A stretch of DNA of 63,780 nt, the filler included, from Folioceros fuciformis (Eukaryota): NCBI GenBank assembly GCA_049999805.1. It is 15 parts of 15 records of this genome, joined end to end, with 100 filler letters (N's around TTAATTAATTAA, not from the genome) between each part and the next. Parts side by side here need not be neighbours in the genome. Positions count along the whole stretch, not along the records: positions 7,701 to 17,987 come from JBNGIO010004870.1; positions 18,088 to 19,507 come from JBNGIO010004871.1; positions 19,608 to 22,463 come from JBNGIO010004872.1; positions 22,564 to 29,155 come from JBNGIO010004873.1; 11 more parts are not named here. One strand, written 5' to 3'. The translations under genes were made by a program, and so were the position numbers. Under the pieces are notes generated by a model, which worked only from the letters and a program-made list of their open reading frames with translations, made no database searches and had not been told where the DNA came from. Positions 12,351-24,169 of the stretch are shown piece by piece; within the stretch, counting starts at the first letter, position 1; each line of letters opens with the position of its first letter.

Positions 12351-13619
12351 CTATTTTTGGAGGTTAAAAGCTATGAGAATAGCTATGGTAGGATCAAAGT
12401 GTGAGAAGGCTAAGGTGACGAGTGTTCTTGGGAGCCATTGTTGAGACGTCCTCATGAGTGTCAAGCAAAAAAGGTTGGTGATTACTGGAAAGCAAACTAT
12501 CTTATACAAAATGTCGAACGGTTATTAAACCGTATAAACTGGAAATGCGAAACTACCTAAACCGCTTATTCTTAACTTGACATAATGGCTTTGGCTTTTC
12601 TAATACTCCCACTTAGTTGAAGCATGTTTCAGTTCTAAGTAGGAAATTAAAGCGTGTAAAAGTACTGTGACAGATGCACGGTTGCATGCATATCGTAATA
12701 CTCCCACTCATGTCTCAATAACTCTCCACGAGTACTCTCAAACGCTCGGTATAACTAGAGCTATTGCAGTCTTGAGTCCTCTAAGCTGATGTCTTGTTGT
12801 TTACAGTCTTTTGTCTTGCTTTCTTCTGTAGATCAGGATCTTCTTCTTCTTCTGGCAAGTGTGCTTATCGTCAACTTGTGTGATCAACCATGGGTGATGT
12901 TACACAAGGCCTGAAGTGTCTAGGCTGTGATAGGATCTGGATTCCTGTTAGGAAGTTCTCTGAAAGACAGTCATGTCTACATGCAATGCACTGCCTCGTA
13001 CCTAACATAATCTCCTTCGAGTCTCCACCTGGTGCTCCACTTCCTTCAGATAGCTCAAAAGAAAAGATGGCGAGAAGAGTCCAGAACTTCGACGATAAGG
13101 GCGTCCCTCGAAAAGTGTTCGTAGTTCCTGCAGCCGACTTCCACAAGATGGCCTGCAAAGAGACTGAAGAGAAGGGCAAGGCAGGCATAGCATGGGTAGC
13201 TCTCATGCCTAATCCTGAAGAGATGCAGGCCTACATGAAGGTCTGAACCCCTTCCAGTGGATTCTGATGACGAGACCTACATGGAGAAAGAGTGGGGATA
13301 CAAGCTTGCCAGGTCTGTCAAGAGCATGAAGAAGACACGTAATAAAGAAACCTAAGCAACATGTGTTCAAGTATTAGCACCTGATGACTTGTGGTGCCAA
13401 AAAACTTATCATCCCTTTGGGTTTCTAGCTTTGACAGAAGAGTTTACCAAAACAGGTGAAGCTAGAAAGGATCTGGTGAAGACACTCAAGAAACACAACA
13501 AGCTCCCATTGGATGATTAGAAACACAAGTCTAGCTAATGGGCAGTGCCCTTAGTGTTAGCAACAAGAATCTCACAAATACCAGAGAAGCAGTGTGTTTT
13601 TCATGTAGTGGTTTTGACA

Positions 13620-14522
13620 GGGCCTTTGTGAGAAGGTCCGAAACATTGTATGTAGTAGGAACATATGACACTGTTACCTGTCTTGAATCTACTGCTTGAC
13701 GAATAAAATGGTGGCTGATCTCAATGTGTTTGGACCTCGCATGGAAAACTGGATTTCTTGAGAGTGCGATGGCGGATGGATTGTCACAGTATAATGGAGT
13801 AGGAGCTGTCTAGGGTTGCTGAAGACTGTTGAGAAAACTTTGTATCCATATGATTTCCTTGGAAGCTTGGGTCATTGCTGCATACTCGGCTTCCGTTGAA
13901 GAAAGACATATGGTAGAAAGTTTCTTGCTGGACCAGGAAATGTCTGATGTGCCTATGAAAGTGCAATAGGTAGCTACGCTTTGTCGTGTATCAAGATCCC
14001 CCGCCCAATCTGCATCGCGATATGCTGAAAGGTCCGAGCCATTGTGGGACTTGGAAAAACGCAAGCCAAGGCAAGGTGTGCCTTTCAAATATCGAAAAAA
14101 TGCGTTTGACAGCAGTCCAGTGAGACGGGCCTGGGTTCTGTAAGAACTGACTCACAGCTCCCACTGCACAAGTGATGTCCGTTCGGCGGCTGGGAGCCGG
14201 GTCAGGGCGGCCCGGGCCTGATCCCACGGCAAGGATCCGGGCTGCCCCACACCTAGGGCTTGATCCCGCCACCTCGTGGCCGGACTGATCCCGCCGCCGC
14301 GCCTGGCACCTGCGCTGAGGCAGACACCCCGCGTTGCCACCGCCGCTGCTGTGGCCTGAGCACAACGGGGCTCTAGACCCCTGCACCCCGGGCAGCAAAG
14401 TTGCCTCACACGGGCCTTCGAGATGCTGCCCTCACTCTGAAGCCTTCCTCACGCCTTTGTTCACCTTGTCTGCAGCACCTAGAGACATCACCATCTTGCT
14501 CCACAACCAAGCTCTGATACCA
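13620..14522 (-). mobile_element. Copia fragment: PBS and GC-rich leader joined directly to the RT C-terminus/RNase H
   Basis: GCTCTGATACCA at 14511-14522; DADWAGDLDTRQS and SSTEAEY in ORF 13810-14088. Confidence 0.75.
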
Positions 14523-14805
14523 GTTGTGTCGTGAAATTGTCAACTTGCAACCTGTTCCTATGTTGGAGGTTCTAAATAGTAGCTCATGCACCTCATATTA
14601 GCCTACACACCAAGTTTGAGAATTTAATCTCATCTTCCTAGCATCTTGTCCTCAGATATTGCCCACTGGCTAAAAGTGTCCTCACAAGAGCAGCGAAAAT
14701 GGAGAAAAATGGATTTATCCTAATTCCCCCCCGCCCAGCTAGGTGCCAGGGATACCACAGCTGCATGAGTTTGAGTCAATGAGCTTACCTGCAGCGACTC
14801 ACCAC

Positions 14806-16082
14806 TCAAGTAGAAGAGTGTCCCAGCTTTGCTTGTCCACTGCATCGAGGGCAAAACCATATACTATCGAGCACTTCAGTCAGCGCTGGCTGTAAGCAGA
14901 ACAAATGAAAACCACAATTACAGTGGTCACACAGCAACATTAGTTCTAGATCATCGATCCTTTGACGAATCTGACAGGGGTAGTCTGCCAAGGGAACCCA
15001 ATTTGCCATTATGATTGTTGGATACAAATTAGGTCAGTGGCAGGGTGCGCAATTCTTCATGTGATCTGTAATTGTACGCCCGTCTGCCACCTCCAAGACC
15101 AAAACGCCGTTGCTCCGGACTTCCTCCACTCGTAAAACATGCCTACTGGTGCTCGGCTCCAATGTATCCTACGTTTGGCGCTGCAGATACACATAGTCGC
15201 CAAACTGGAATTTACGCACCTTGGGTCGAAAGCTGTTGCTTTGTGTATAAGCATATATGAGAGCGTCACGGTGTTGCGCGATTCGAAAGTTGGCCATGGC
15301 CATAGGCATGACCCTTTTGAATAGTGCTGCTCGTTCTCCTATGGCCCGCGCCCACGTTGCTGGACTGTCCAGGTCCAAGGCTTCCTGCATCTGCTTCTCG
15401 ATGGCTACAGGAGGTACTGGCTCCCACCCAAATATCAAAAAGTAAGGCGAAAAGTTTGCCAAAGCTGCAAGACGGCTCATGGCGATGTAGGCAGCTGCAT
15501 GTCCCACTCTGCCTTGGGCTTAGTGAGACATAGCTTTGGCAAAGCTTGCTTGACGGTCTGGACCATTCTCTCCGCGAATCCGTCCACTTGTGGGTGATCC
15601 CGGCTAGTACACCTGTGATCTATCAAGGCAGCATCTAGCAAATCCTGGAATTCACCCCTGAATTCCGCTCCTTGGTTAGTCAAGCATTCTGCACTGCTTC
15701 CACACCTGTTGAGTACGTTGTGTAGAAACGTTTGTGACGTACTACCGGATGTCTTATCTAGAAGGGCTGCCAGTTCTAACCACTTGGATAAATGCTCCAC
15801 CATCACCATGATGTATACATTTCCTCTCGGTGTTCGTGGGAACTCCCCTTTCAAGTCACATGACCACCAGAAGAACAAACCCATAATGGGCAGTGGATGC
15901 AACTGTGAGTGTGGATTGCTGAACAAAGCTTTCACACGATCACACTGAGCACACCTACCCACTTCGTCACGTACCTGAGTATACATCCTGTTCCAATAGA
16001 AGTGAGGCAACAACAAACTGTAAGTTCTCTTTACCTCGTAATGACCCAAGTCCTCATGGACCCTTTGAATGATTCCAACCAT
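14806..16082 (-). mobile_element. Ty3/gypsy integrase remnant with a C-terminal PHD finger
   Basis: HHCC zinc region (HEDLGH...CAQC), LHPLP, HPQVDGFAERMVQTVK, FSPYFLIFG; PHD motif LLCDHCNCGFHLFCLQPAL...WFCPRC. Confidence 0.85.
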
Positions 16083-16481
16083 GAAAAGGGTTCGCGTGCA
16101 TGCCTGCAGAACCTATCAAGGTCACGTTGTGAGCATATACAGTGAGCATGTCTGAAACTTTCTTGTTCTGGTTGCTCCTGTTATTCTGTCTTGTAATGAT
16201 ATCTTACGTTTGCTCCCACTTCTTATATACAGGGTCTAACATAAAACTTGAAGAGGAAGCTGATCTTGAGTTTGAAGAACAGATTTCTTATGAAGAACGT
16301 GGTCGCCGCAACTCTCGAGATCATATGAGAGTTTTTCTTCCCCTATCAGTAGTTATGGCCACGACTCCTACGAGGAAGAGGAGGAGTCCAAACCCGAGTC
16401 TCCGCGTTTTAGACAGTCAGTGGACCTTGGCTACTCCTCTGACCATGGTAGCTTTGACTCACGTTTCTAGGCCTTAGGGAA

Positions 16482-17790
16482 TTATACTGAACTACTGCTG
16501 CTGTTGGATAAGAGAGCTTCTGACTCTCCCATCCCTAAGCATTGAATGTGTCTTTGGTGAGCATCTCTGCTAAGTGCCTTTGTGAGAATGTTTGCTGGGT
16601 TGCTTTGTGTCGATACATACTCGAGTGCTATGGTTCCTATTCCCACCAGTTCTCTTATATAATGATATTCGACTTCCACGTGCTTCGTTCGTGAATGCAA
16701 CACAGGGTTCTTGGCTAATGCCATTGAGCCTTGATTGTCGGTGTATAGTTGTGCATGTGGGGAGTGGAATCCCTAGTTCTGAAAAGAGTAACCTGCACCA
16801 CACCGCTTCCTTTGCAGTTGCAGTTAACACCCTATATCTTGCTTTAGTACTAGATAGAGCAATTGTCGGTTGTTTCTTGCTAGACCAACATATTGGTCCG
16901 CCAGCAAAACCTAGCACATGTCCAGAGACAGACTTCCTTGTGTCTATGTCACCTACATAGTCAGAATCCATGTAAACTTCAATGTCCAAAGTCTGTCCAA
17001 TCTTTTGTCTGTAAGAGATTCCCAAAGTTGGTGTCCCTTTCAAATACCTAAAACACGTTTCAGACTAGCCCAGTGTTCTGGACCTAGAGTTTCCAAGAAT
17101 TGTGATAAGGCACTCGTTGCATAAGCTACCTCTAGCCTTGTTGTATTCGATGCATATATCAGCTTACCTACTCCCTTTCTATAAGGTATCTTTGACATGT
17201 GATCCTTTTCTGCCTGTGTAGAAGGAGACATACTCCGATTAAGCTTAAGTCCTGTGAGCAAAGGGGTAGAAGCGGACTCTGCATCCTTAAGGCCTAACTG
17301 TTCAGCGCTATCTATAAGGTAACGGGGCTGAGATAGTGTCATTACACAAGCCTGCCTATTCCTTTGAATATGAATACCTAGGCAGCTCTGTAAAGGGCCT
17401 AGGCTAGACATCCTAAACTTTGTAGCTAGCATATCAGTGATGCTTGTTATAAAGACTTGGCTGTTGCTAGAAAGGATAAGATCGTCTACATAAACTGCAA
17501 GGTATCATGACGTCTTCCTTTATGTAGACATACAGACTACTATCTGCCTTGCTCTTAGTGAAACCTAACTTCAACAACTTTGTATCTAAGGCTGCGTTCC
17601 ACTTCATAGCTAACTGCTTCAAGCCATACAAGCATTTTATCAACCGACAAACATGATTCTCTTTTCCTTTTACCTCATAACCTGGAGGCTGGTGCATGTA
17701 TATCTCAGTGTCAAGTTTCCCATGTAGGAATGCTGTTTTGACATCATACATTTGCAGTTCATAATCATAGTGTGTGGATATGGCAAGGGG
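16482..17790 (-). mobile_element. Ty1/copia RT-RNase H remnant
   Basis: DVKTAFLHG, IYMHQPPG, LYGLKQ, DSDYVGDIDTRKS and HSRTKHVEVEYHYIRE motifs, with frameshifts. Confidence 0.9.
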
Positions 17791-18087
17791 TGGTGGGAAG
17801 AATCCGGAGACACCCAGGGGCTTCCCTCTAGCGGCCACACCTATCCCGCTGTCGTGTAGTCTAGCAGGTTTCGTTCCCTCGAAGGAGGGCCTGTCCTAGT
17901 TGTGTGTATGCGACTCTATTCGTACCTTTCTTCTACCACGACCCTCGCGAACCTGAATACACCTCCTGTCTGCCAAACACGCCTCTGNNNNNNNNNNNNN
18001 NNNNNNNNNNNNNNNNNNNNNNNNNNNNNNNTTAATTAATTAANNNNNNNNNNNNNNNNNNNNNNNNNNNNNNNNNNNNNNNNNNNN

Positions 18088-18360
18088 TCAAATCTCACTA
18101 CCAATCCTAGAGAGGTGGCTGCACTCACGGAAAACAAGTTCTTCCCCAAGCCTGGTACGTATAGCACCCTTTTCAACATCCCACGCACTACTCCGTTAGG
18201 TGTGGTCATATCCATTGCCACAACACCTTCCCCCTCACACATTTGGATTGAATTATCACCCAAATAGATCTTGGTAGCAGCAATGGACTTGAAAGATTGG
18301 AACCACTCACACCTATTGGTCATGTGCTCCGTAGCTCCCGAATCAATGTACCATTATTTG
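18088..18360 (-). mobile_element. Copia protease fragment
   Basis: WYIDSGATEHMT...IYLGDN...VLYVPGLGKNLFSVS. Confidence 0.85.
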
Positions 18361-19607
18361 GAGAGGAAGACAAAGATATCGTGGACACTGCCAGCAATCG
18401 GCATGTGCTTTGAGTGAAGGAGGTTAGGCCCAATAAGATACTCTTGCTACAAGGGTCTGATGGACGGATAACAACAAACCTCATGAAGAATTTAGTGCCA
18501 TGCCTGTGGAGTCAAAAAGTAGTACTAGGGTAAAACCCAAAATAAGACAAGGGGTTGGGATGAGGGAAGGAGGGGAAAGTAGTAAGGGAAGGGAGAAGCA
18601 TGAAGTGGGGTTGCCAGCCCCTCGCAACGGTGCCAAAATGGAGTCCCAACTTAGCACTAGGAGGAGGACTGGGGGTAGAAAAGGGAGGAGGAAAAGAAGC
18701 AAGGAGAGATCAACGGGCAAGGTTAATAGTCCCACCCTTCAACACCGAATATGTACCCAAGTACCAAGTGGGGTTGTCAGTCCTATGATCATGACCACAC
18801 ACTCCGTAGTCATTGTAGTTGCACTCCAGGGTCTATCCTCACGAGTCTGGTGTCATGCTAGAAGCCCCTATCACACTTCACTCTAGGACCTAGTGGTCTA
18901 TCTCTTACCCTACTCACTGGACCACCTACATGGGACACTCATCACCATCTCTTATGACAAAAATTTATTACAGAAGCTTGGGGGAAGATTACTAAAGTCC
19001 CGGTGGTATTCTAGAAGAGCAATGACTTCATCCACTACACACCCCTCTAGTTAATACGTTGGCTACAAATAGCAAGCGGACTAGTTCTTTTCTCCAGCCG
19101 AGCGTGTTGTGGTTCCTCCAGTAGCAGGTACTTCCGAGGACTCCTTCCCGAGGCTTTACCCCTTCGACTCACAGCGTCCCTTCACCAATCTTTCAAGATA
19201 GCTATTGAAATATCTAAGGCGTTGTGCAAGATGCTGATACCTTCCTACACTGCAATTAGCACACTTTAGAGCCTTGGCTCACACCAAGACTTTAATTGGA
19301 GACGAGCCTTTAGCAAGAACTCTGCTCCTCCACTGAGATTGCAACTAAGGAATCCTGAGCCTTTCCCTTCCCGGAAGTCCCACCACCAAGCTTTTGAGTG
19401 ATAGCTATTGAATGAAGGATGTTTAATTAGTATATGCTGGTTATGATTAGTTAGGGCACCCTTCATTAGGTTATGTTAATAATTAAAAGATGTAGCTGTT
19501 CGCTAGGNNNNNNNNNNNNNNNNNNNNNNNNNNNNNNNNNNNNNNNNNNNNTTAATTAATTAANNNNNNNNNNNNNNNNNNNNNNNNNNNNNNNNNNNNN
19601 NNNNNNN

Positions 19608-20560
19608 CCGTATGTGGGAGCTGTTTCGGCTCACAAAAGTCGTGTACCGAGAAGGAAATGAAGTAGCTTGGGTATGCACGGACTGCAGGAGAAAGGCAGC
19701 GGGACTTCTAATCCGGTGATATGAATGTGGAAGGTTTACCACAGGTTTTACGGTGGTGAAGGTGTTTGGAGGTACAGGTCTCTCAGTGTGTCCGAGAGGG
19801 TAGCTTGGTTGGGAAATGCCAGACCCAACTTTGCAAATTGGGATGGAGCTGTGCCACTGATAGTGCTTGCGTTGGGTGGGCAAACCTTACGCATGAACCT
19901 GCAATTGACTGACATGGTGACAGTGGATGACAATATGGATGTGGATGCGTAGTCGAGTCTCAAGGAGGTTCTAGAACCCCTTTAGGGAAGTTATGGGGGA
20001 GGTGTTTGGGCTCAAAAAAGTGATGTGCGCAGCAGGAAATAAAGCAGCATGGCTATGCGAGGAGTGCAGGAAAAACGCAGCGGGACTCCCAACTGGATGA
20101 TGTGCATGTGCAAGGTTTGCCACATGTTTTACGGTGGTGACGGTCTTTAACTGTGCAGGTCTCTCTGTGTCTCCGAGAGGGTAGCTTGGTTGGGAAATGC
20201 TACACCCAACTTTGCAAACTGGGATGGAGCTGTGGCACTGACAGTACTTGGATTGGGTGGGGAAAGCTTACGCATCAACCTATCATTGGCTGACATGGTG
20301 GCTGTGAATGAGGATGTGGATGTGGATGCGTGGTCGAGTCTCAAGAAGGGTGTAGAACTTCCCTCTGCAGCACAGTACGTGGTGGCGGTTTCGGCTGACC
20401 AAAGTCATGTGCGCAAAAGGAAATAATGCGCAGCATGGCTATGCAATGAGTGCAGGAAAAAAGCAGCGGGATGTGTCATTGGATGCCATGAATGTGCAAA
20501 GTTTGATATAGGTTTTCCGGCGGTGAAGGTCCTTAGAAGCGTAGGTCTCTCAATGGCGAG
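19608..20560. repeat. About three diverged tandem units of roughly 380 bp
   Basis: Recurring TGCAGGA(G/A)AAA..GCAGCGGGA and TTTACGGTGGTGA blocks; ORFs 19725 and 20190 are paralogous (GNA.PNFANWDGAV). Confidence 0.75.
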
Positions 20561-20932
20561 GGTTGCTTGGTTGGTGACTGAAGTTCCGTGGTGAAGGACT
20601 TTACAAGTGTAGGACTGTAATAAGCGCCGATGGTTGCTTGGTTGGTGAAAGCAGTGGCTTGGTGAGGGTCTTCACAAGTGTAGGTGTATGAAAGGCGCCG
20701 ATGGTTGCTTGGTTGGTGAACGCAGTGGCTTGGTGAGGGCCTTCACAAGTGTAGGTGTATGAAAGACGCCGATGGTTGCTTGGTTGGTGAACGCAGTGGC
20801 TTGGTGAGGGTTTTTACAAGTATAGGTGTATGAAAGGAGAGGGTTGCTTGGTTGGTGAGCGCAGTGGCTTGGTGAAGGTCATTACGAGTATGAGTATAGG
20901 TCTGTGAAAGGAGAGGGTTGGTCGGTGAACGT
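20555..20932. repeat. Minisatellite with a unit of about 71 bp, 5-6 copies
   Basis: GATGGTTGCTTGGTTGGTGAA recurs at 20629, 20700 and 20771, with degenerate flanking copies. Confidence 0.88.
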
Positions 20933-21216
20933 TCCTGAGGTGAAACGATATTCCGGAAATCTTGCTGGCTATAGCTAGACTTTGTTTGAATGGCCATACA
21001 AGTCGCAGCGGCTTCATTTAAGGCTCGCATCCAGAACTGCCAGCTGAGAATGACGGGCAGCGCAGAGCGGTGCACATCACATGTTTCACAAAAGAGTGTC
21101 CATCGAGTGTTGAATTTGGACGAGATGCAGAACCGCTAAAAGCTTTGAAGAAGTATGCAGCGTGGTTGCAACTAGTAGTAGTAGAAAGGCCTCTGAAACA
21201 TTTGAATAGGGGCAGC

Positions 21217-22040
21217 AGCACTAGCACCGGTTGCACAGGTAGGGGCAGCTGCCCTAGGAGCAGGAGGATGGCTATTAAGGAGGTGCATTATGTACAAGCA
21301 AGCATCTGTGTGCGTCTAGCTACCGGAAGGTATTTTTTAAAGAAAATGTGCGTGTTTGTCGATTGTCGACCAGTGACGTTAGTGTCATGTGTACCAAAGA
21401 GGAGCCGTGCCGCGAAGTACAAGGCTTGAGCGTGTCATGTTTGGAAGCGACTGGGATATGCACATGGGAAGCAGTCGACTGGGTGCGCAGTTTTCTGCAA
21501 GAAGAGCAAAGCTCAAGGTGCAAGGGAGGGCGATGTAGGACCACATTCTCTGCGATCTCTTCTGCACTCCGTTCCGCTCCACCAGGAAATGGAATGCCAC
21601 CTCAGCGGTGGAGACAACAACTTGCCTTCCCTGATGTAGGACGGGGATGGGTGGACTTCACGACGCACATACAACCCAAAAGCAAAAGCAGTGCTGTCTG
21701 TCGTCCACCACACTTGAGCACTGGCCACTTCTTGATTGTTTTTCACAGTCAGTATAGCACTAGCACCGGTTGCACTGGTAGGGGCAGCTGCCTTAGGAGC
21801 GAGCAGAAGGATGGCTATTAAGGAGGTTCATTATGTACAAGCAAGCACCTATGTGCGCCTAGCTACAGGAAGTTATGTATTAAAGAAAATGTGCGTGTTT
21901 GTCGTTTGTCGACCAGTGACGTTAGTGTCATGTGTACCAAAGAGGAGCCGTGCCGCGAAGTACAAGGCTTGAGCAAAGCTCAAAGGTGCAAGGGAGGGCG
22001 ATGTAGAAGCACATTCTCTGCGATCTCTCTTCTGCGCTCC
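21217..22040. repeat. Direct duplication of about 215 bp (21217-21431 and 21757-21973), plus a second duplicated block of about 60 bp
   Basis: AGCACTAGCACCGGTTGCAC...GAAGTACAAGGCTTGAGC occurs twice. Confidence 0.88.
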
Positions 22041-22104
22041 GAGTACGCAGGAATCTGCAGACGCTGCTGTTTGTGACGGGACGATCGCCTTGGAGCGGGA
22101 GAGG

Positions 22105-22463
22105 ATGTTCAACAAGAAGGAGATTTTGAAGTTCGCCAAGGGCTTCGGAGGCAGGTCCAAAAATTGTATCCGGGCGGCAAGGGATCGTGTGGAGAAGGCT
22201 CTGCAGTATGCCTACAGAGATCGGCGCAACAAGAAGAGGGACATGAGAGGTTTGTGGATTCAGCGGATCAATGCCGGGAGTCGGCAGTACGGGGTAAGGC
22301 TGCTCGCTTGTAGAGCTGGGGAATCGTGTTGCTTGTAAATCCCTTGGCCGTGAATCGGCGAGTGCCTTTCAATTTGCTCCAGGTGAACTACGGGCAGCTC
22401 ATGTGCGGCTTGAACGAGGAGAACATTCAGCTTAACAGGAAGGTTCTTTCTGAGCTTGCTATG
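22105..22463 (+). CDS. rpl20: Ribosomal protein L20 (nuclear-encoded, mitochondrial-type); exons 22105-22293 and 22383->22463, 3' truncated by the contig end
   Basis: [11 protein letters not shown]...[31 protein letters not shown] intron of 89 nt; [10 protein letters not shown]...[10 protein letters not shown]. Confidence 0.92.
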
Positions 22464-22563
22464 NNNNNNNNNNNNNNNNNNNNNNNNNNNNNNNNNNNNN
22501 NNNNNNNTTAATTAATTAANNNNNNNNNNNNNNNNNNNNNNNNNNNNNNNNNNNNNNNNNNNN

Positions 22564-22922
22564 TACCCGTCCCTATGTTCAAACCATTATTATATTATTT
22601 ATTATTATTTAATATTATTATATTATTATTTAATCATTTAGTATTATATATCTTTAATTAATATTAAACTAATCACCCAACCCTATGGCCTGGTGCCGAA
22701 CCTAAACCTTCCCAGGTCTGGGACCAAACCTATACCCACTCTTATAACCAAGCTAACTATTTCCTGGTCAATTAACCTAATTAGCACAAAGAAAAATAGG
22801 AAAAATGACCAGAAAATCAAGGAAAATTAGGTAAAATAAGTTGAAAAAGAAAACCAAACCATACCACTATTAACCCTTTTTCAACCAAAACAAACTACTA
22901 CCCCAAACTTTGGAGGTTCACA
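22564..22922 (-). repeat. TGTGAACCTCC LTR-like terminus (copy 2), inserted into a copia gag
   Basis: Matches about 8057-8414; interrupts gag at SDHLNEF. Confidence 0.85.
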
Positions 22923-23589
22923 AACTCATTCAGATGATCGGACATCCTCGTCCCTTCCTTCATCTTCAAGTCCACCAGCTGTTTCAACCAATACACCTGA
23001 GAAGCCGCACTTTGCTTCTCATACAAGTCACACAGCTTCTGCCATAGCTCGAAACTTGTGGTCTTGTCTTTCACGTTGAAGTAGACCGACTTCGACATTG
23101 TTAGCGTGATGGTAGACCTAGCAAGCTCATCTAGATCCTGCCACTCATCCTAAGTCATGCTAACAGGTTTCACTCCTAGCAGCTTGATGGGCTTGATCTG
23201 CTTCTTCTGTACTAGAACATTATACACTTGTTCTTTCCAGAACGGGAAGTTAGTACCATCTAACTTCTCGATATTGAACATGACGTTTTCTGAGGACGTC
23301 ATGCTTCAAAATCGATCCAAATCAACCAAAAAGCTAGTTTGAAATTGGTCGAAATGAAATGTAGATTCTACAGGTTACCCTCACAACTTCTTCCGAATCG
23401 TATGTCCACAACTTGGGCCTCTGTCGCTCATACCAGGAATGTCCTCCTACGTCTGATCGAGATCCTGACTTCCTCAGCCGGGGTCAATACGGCGCCCACA
23501 CTCTCGCTCCCGGCGTCTGCGATTTGTTCACTTCCGGTGCTCGTCAATCGGGTCCTCGCTTCACTGGCACGCTCGTTTCGCGCATCACG

Positions 23590-23737
23590 GGCGCCCACGT
23601 GGTGCCCGGTGGCGCCCAGGTGGCGCCCAGGTGGAGCCTGCGTGGTGCCCAAGTCGCGCCCGCGTGGTGCCCAAGTGGCGCCTGCGTGGCGCCCAGGTGG
23701 CGCCTGCGTGGCGTCGAGGTGGTGCCTACGTGGCGCC
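23590..23737. repeat. 11-bp GC-rich tandem repeat (GGCGCCCAGGT-like, about 13 copies) in the copia leader
   Basis: Units read directly from the sequence. Confidence 0.88.
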
Positions 23738-24015
23738 TCTCCCCCTCCTAGATGGCCATCTTCATGGTCTTGCTCCACAACCTGCTCTGATACCACTTGT
23801 AGGATCACTAGAGGAGCATGGTGGAGGAGAGGAGAAGAGGAGGCAGAGAGGAGAGGAGAAAAAGAGGTCACATTGAGAGTAGTTGGCAAGGGAGCTCAAG
23901 GGGGTATTTATACCCTCTAGAAGAGCTCCCTAGGAAGCTTCACAAGAAGCTCAAAGGAAGCTGCGCAAGAAGCTTCCTACAGATTAGCTTAAGCTAATCT
24001 AAACTAATGATACTT

Positions 24016-24150
24016 AACTAGACACTAATCTTAGACTAAACACATTAATCTAAGCACATTAACTAGACACTAATCTTAGACTAAACACATTAGCCTAAGC
24101 ACATTAAATAGACACTAATCTTAGACTAAACACATTAGCCTAAGCACATT
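24016..24150. repeat. 45-bp unit repeated three times inside the LTR
   Basis: AACTAGACACTAATCTTAGACTAAACACATTA..CTAAGCACATT at 24016, 24061 and 24106; single copy in the other two LTRs of this family. Confidence 0.92.
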
Positions 24151-24169
24151 GGGCTTTAATAACCCTACA

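Larger units (their letters stand above)
22923..24169 (-). mobile_element. Copia A 5' end: 5' LTR (23798-24169), tRNA-iMet PBS (23784-23795), leader and gag N-terminus (ATG at 23302)
   Basis: Same LTR family as 11246-11537; TGGTATCAGAGC; IEKLDGTNFPFWK...LWQKLCDLY...LKMKEGTRMSDHL. Confidence 0.92.
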
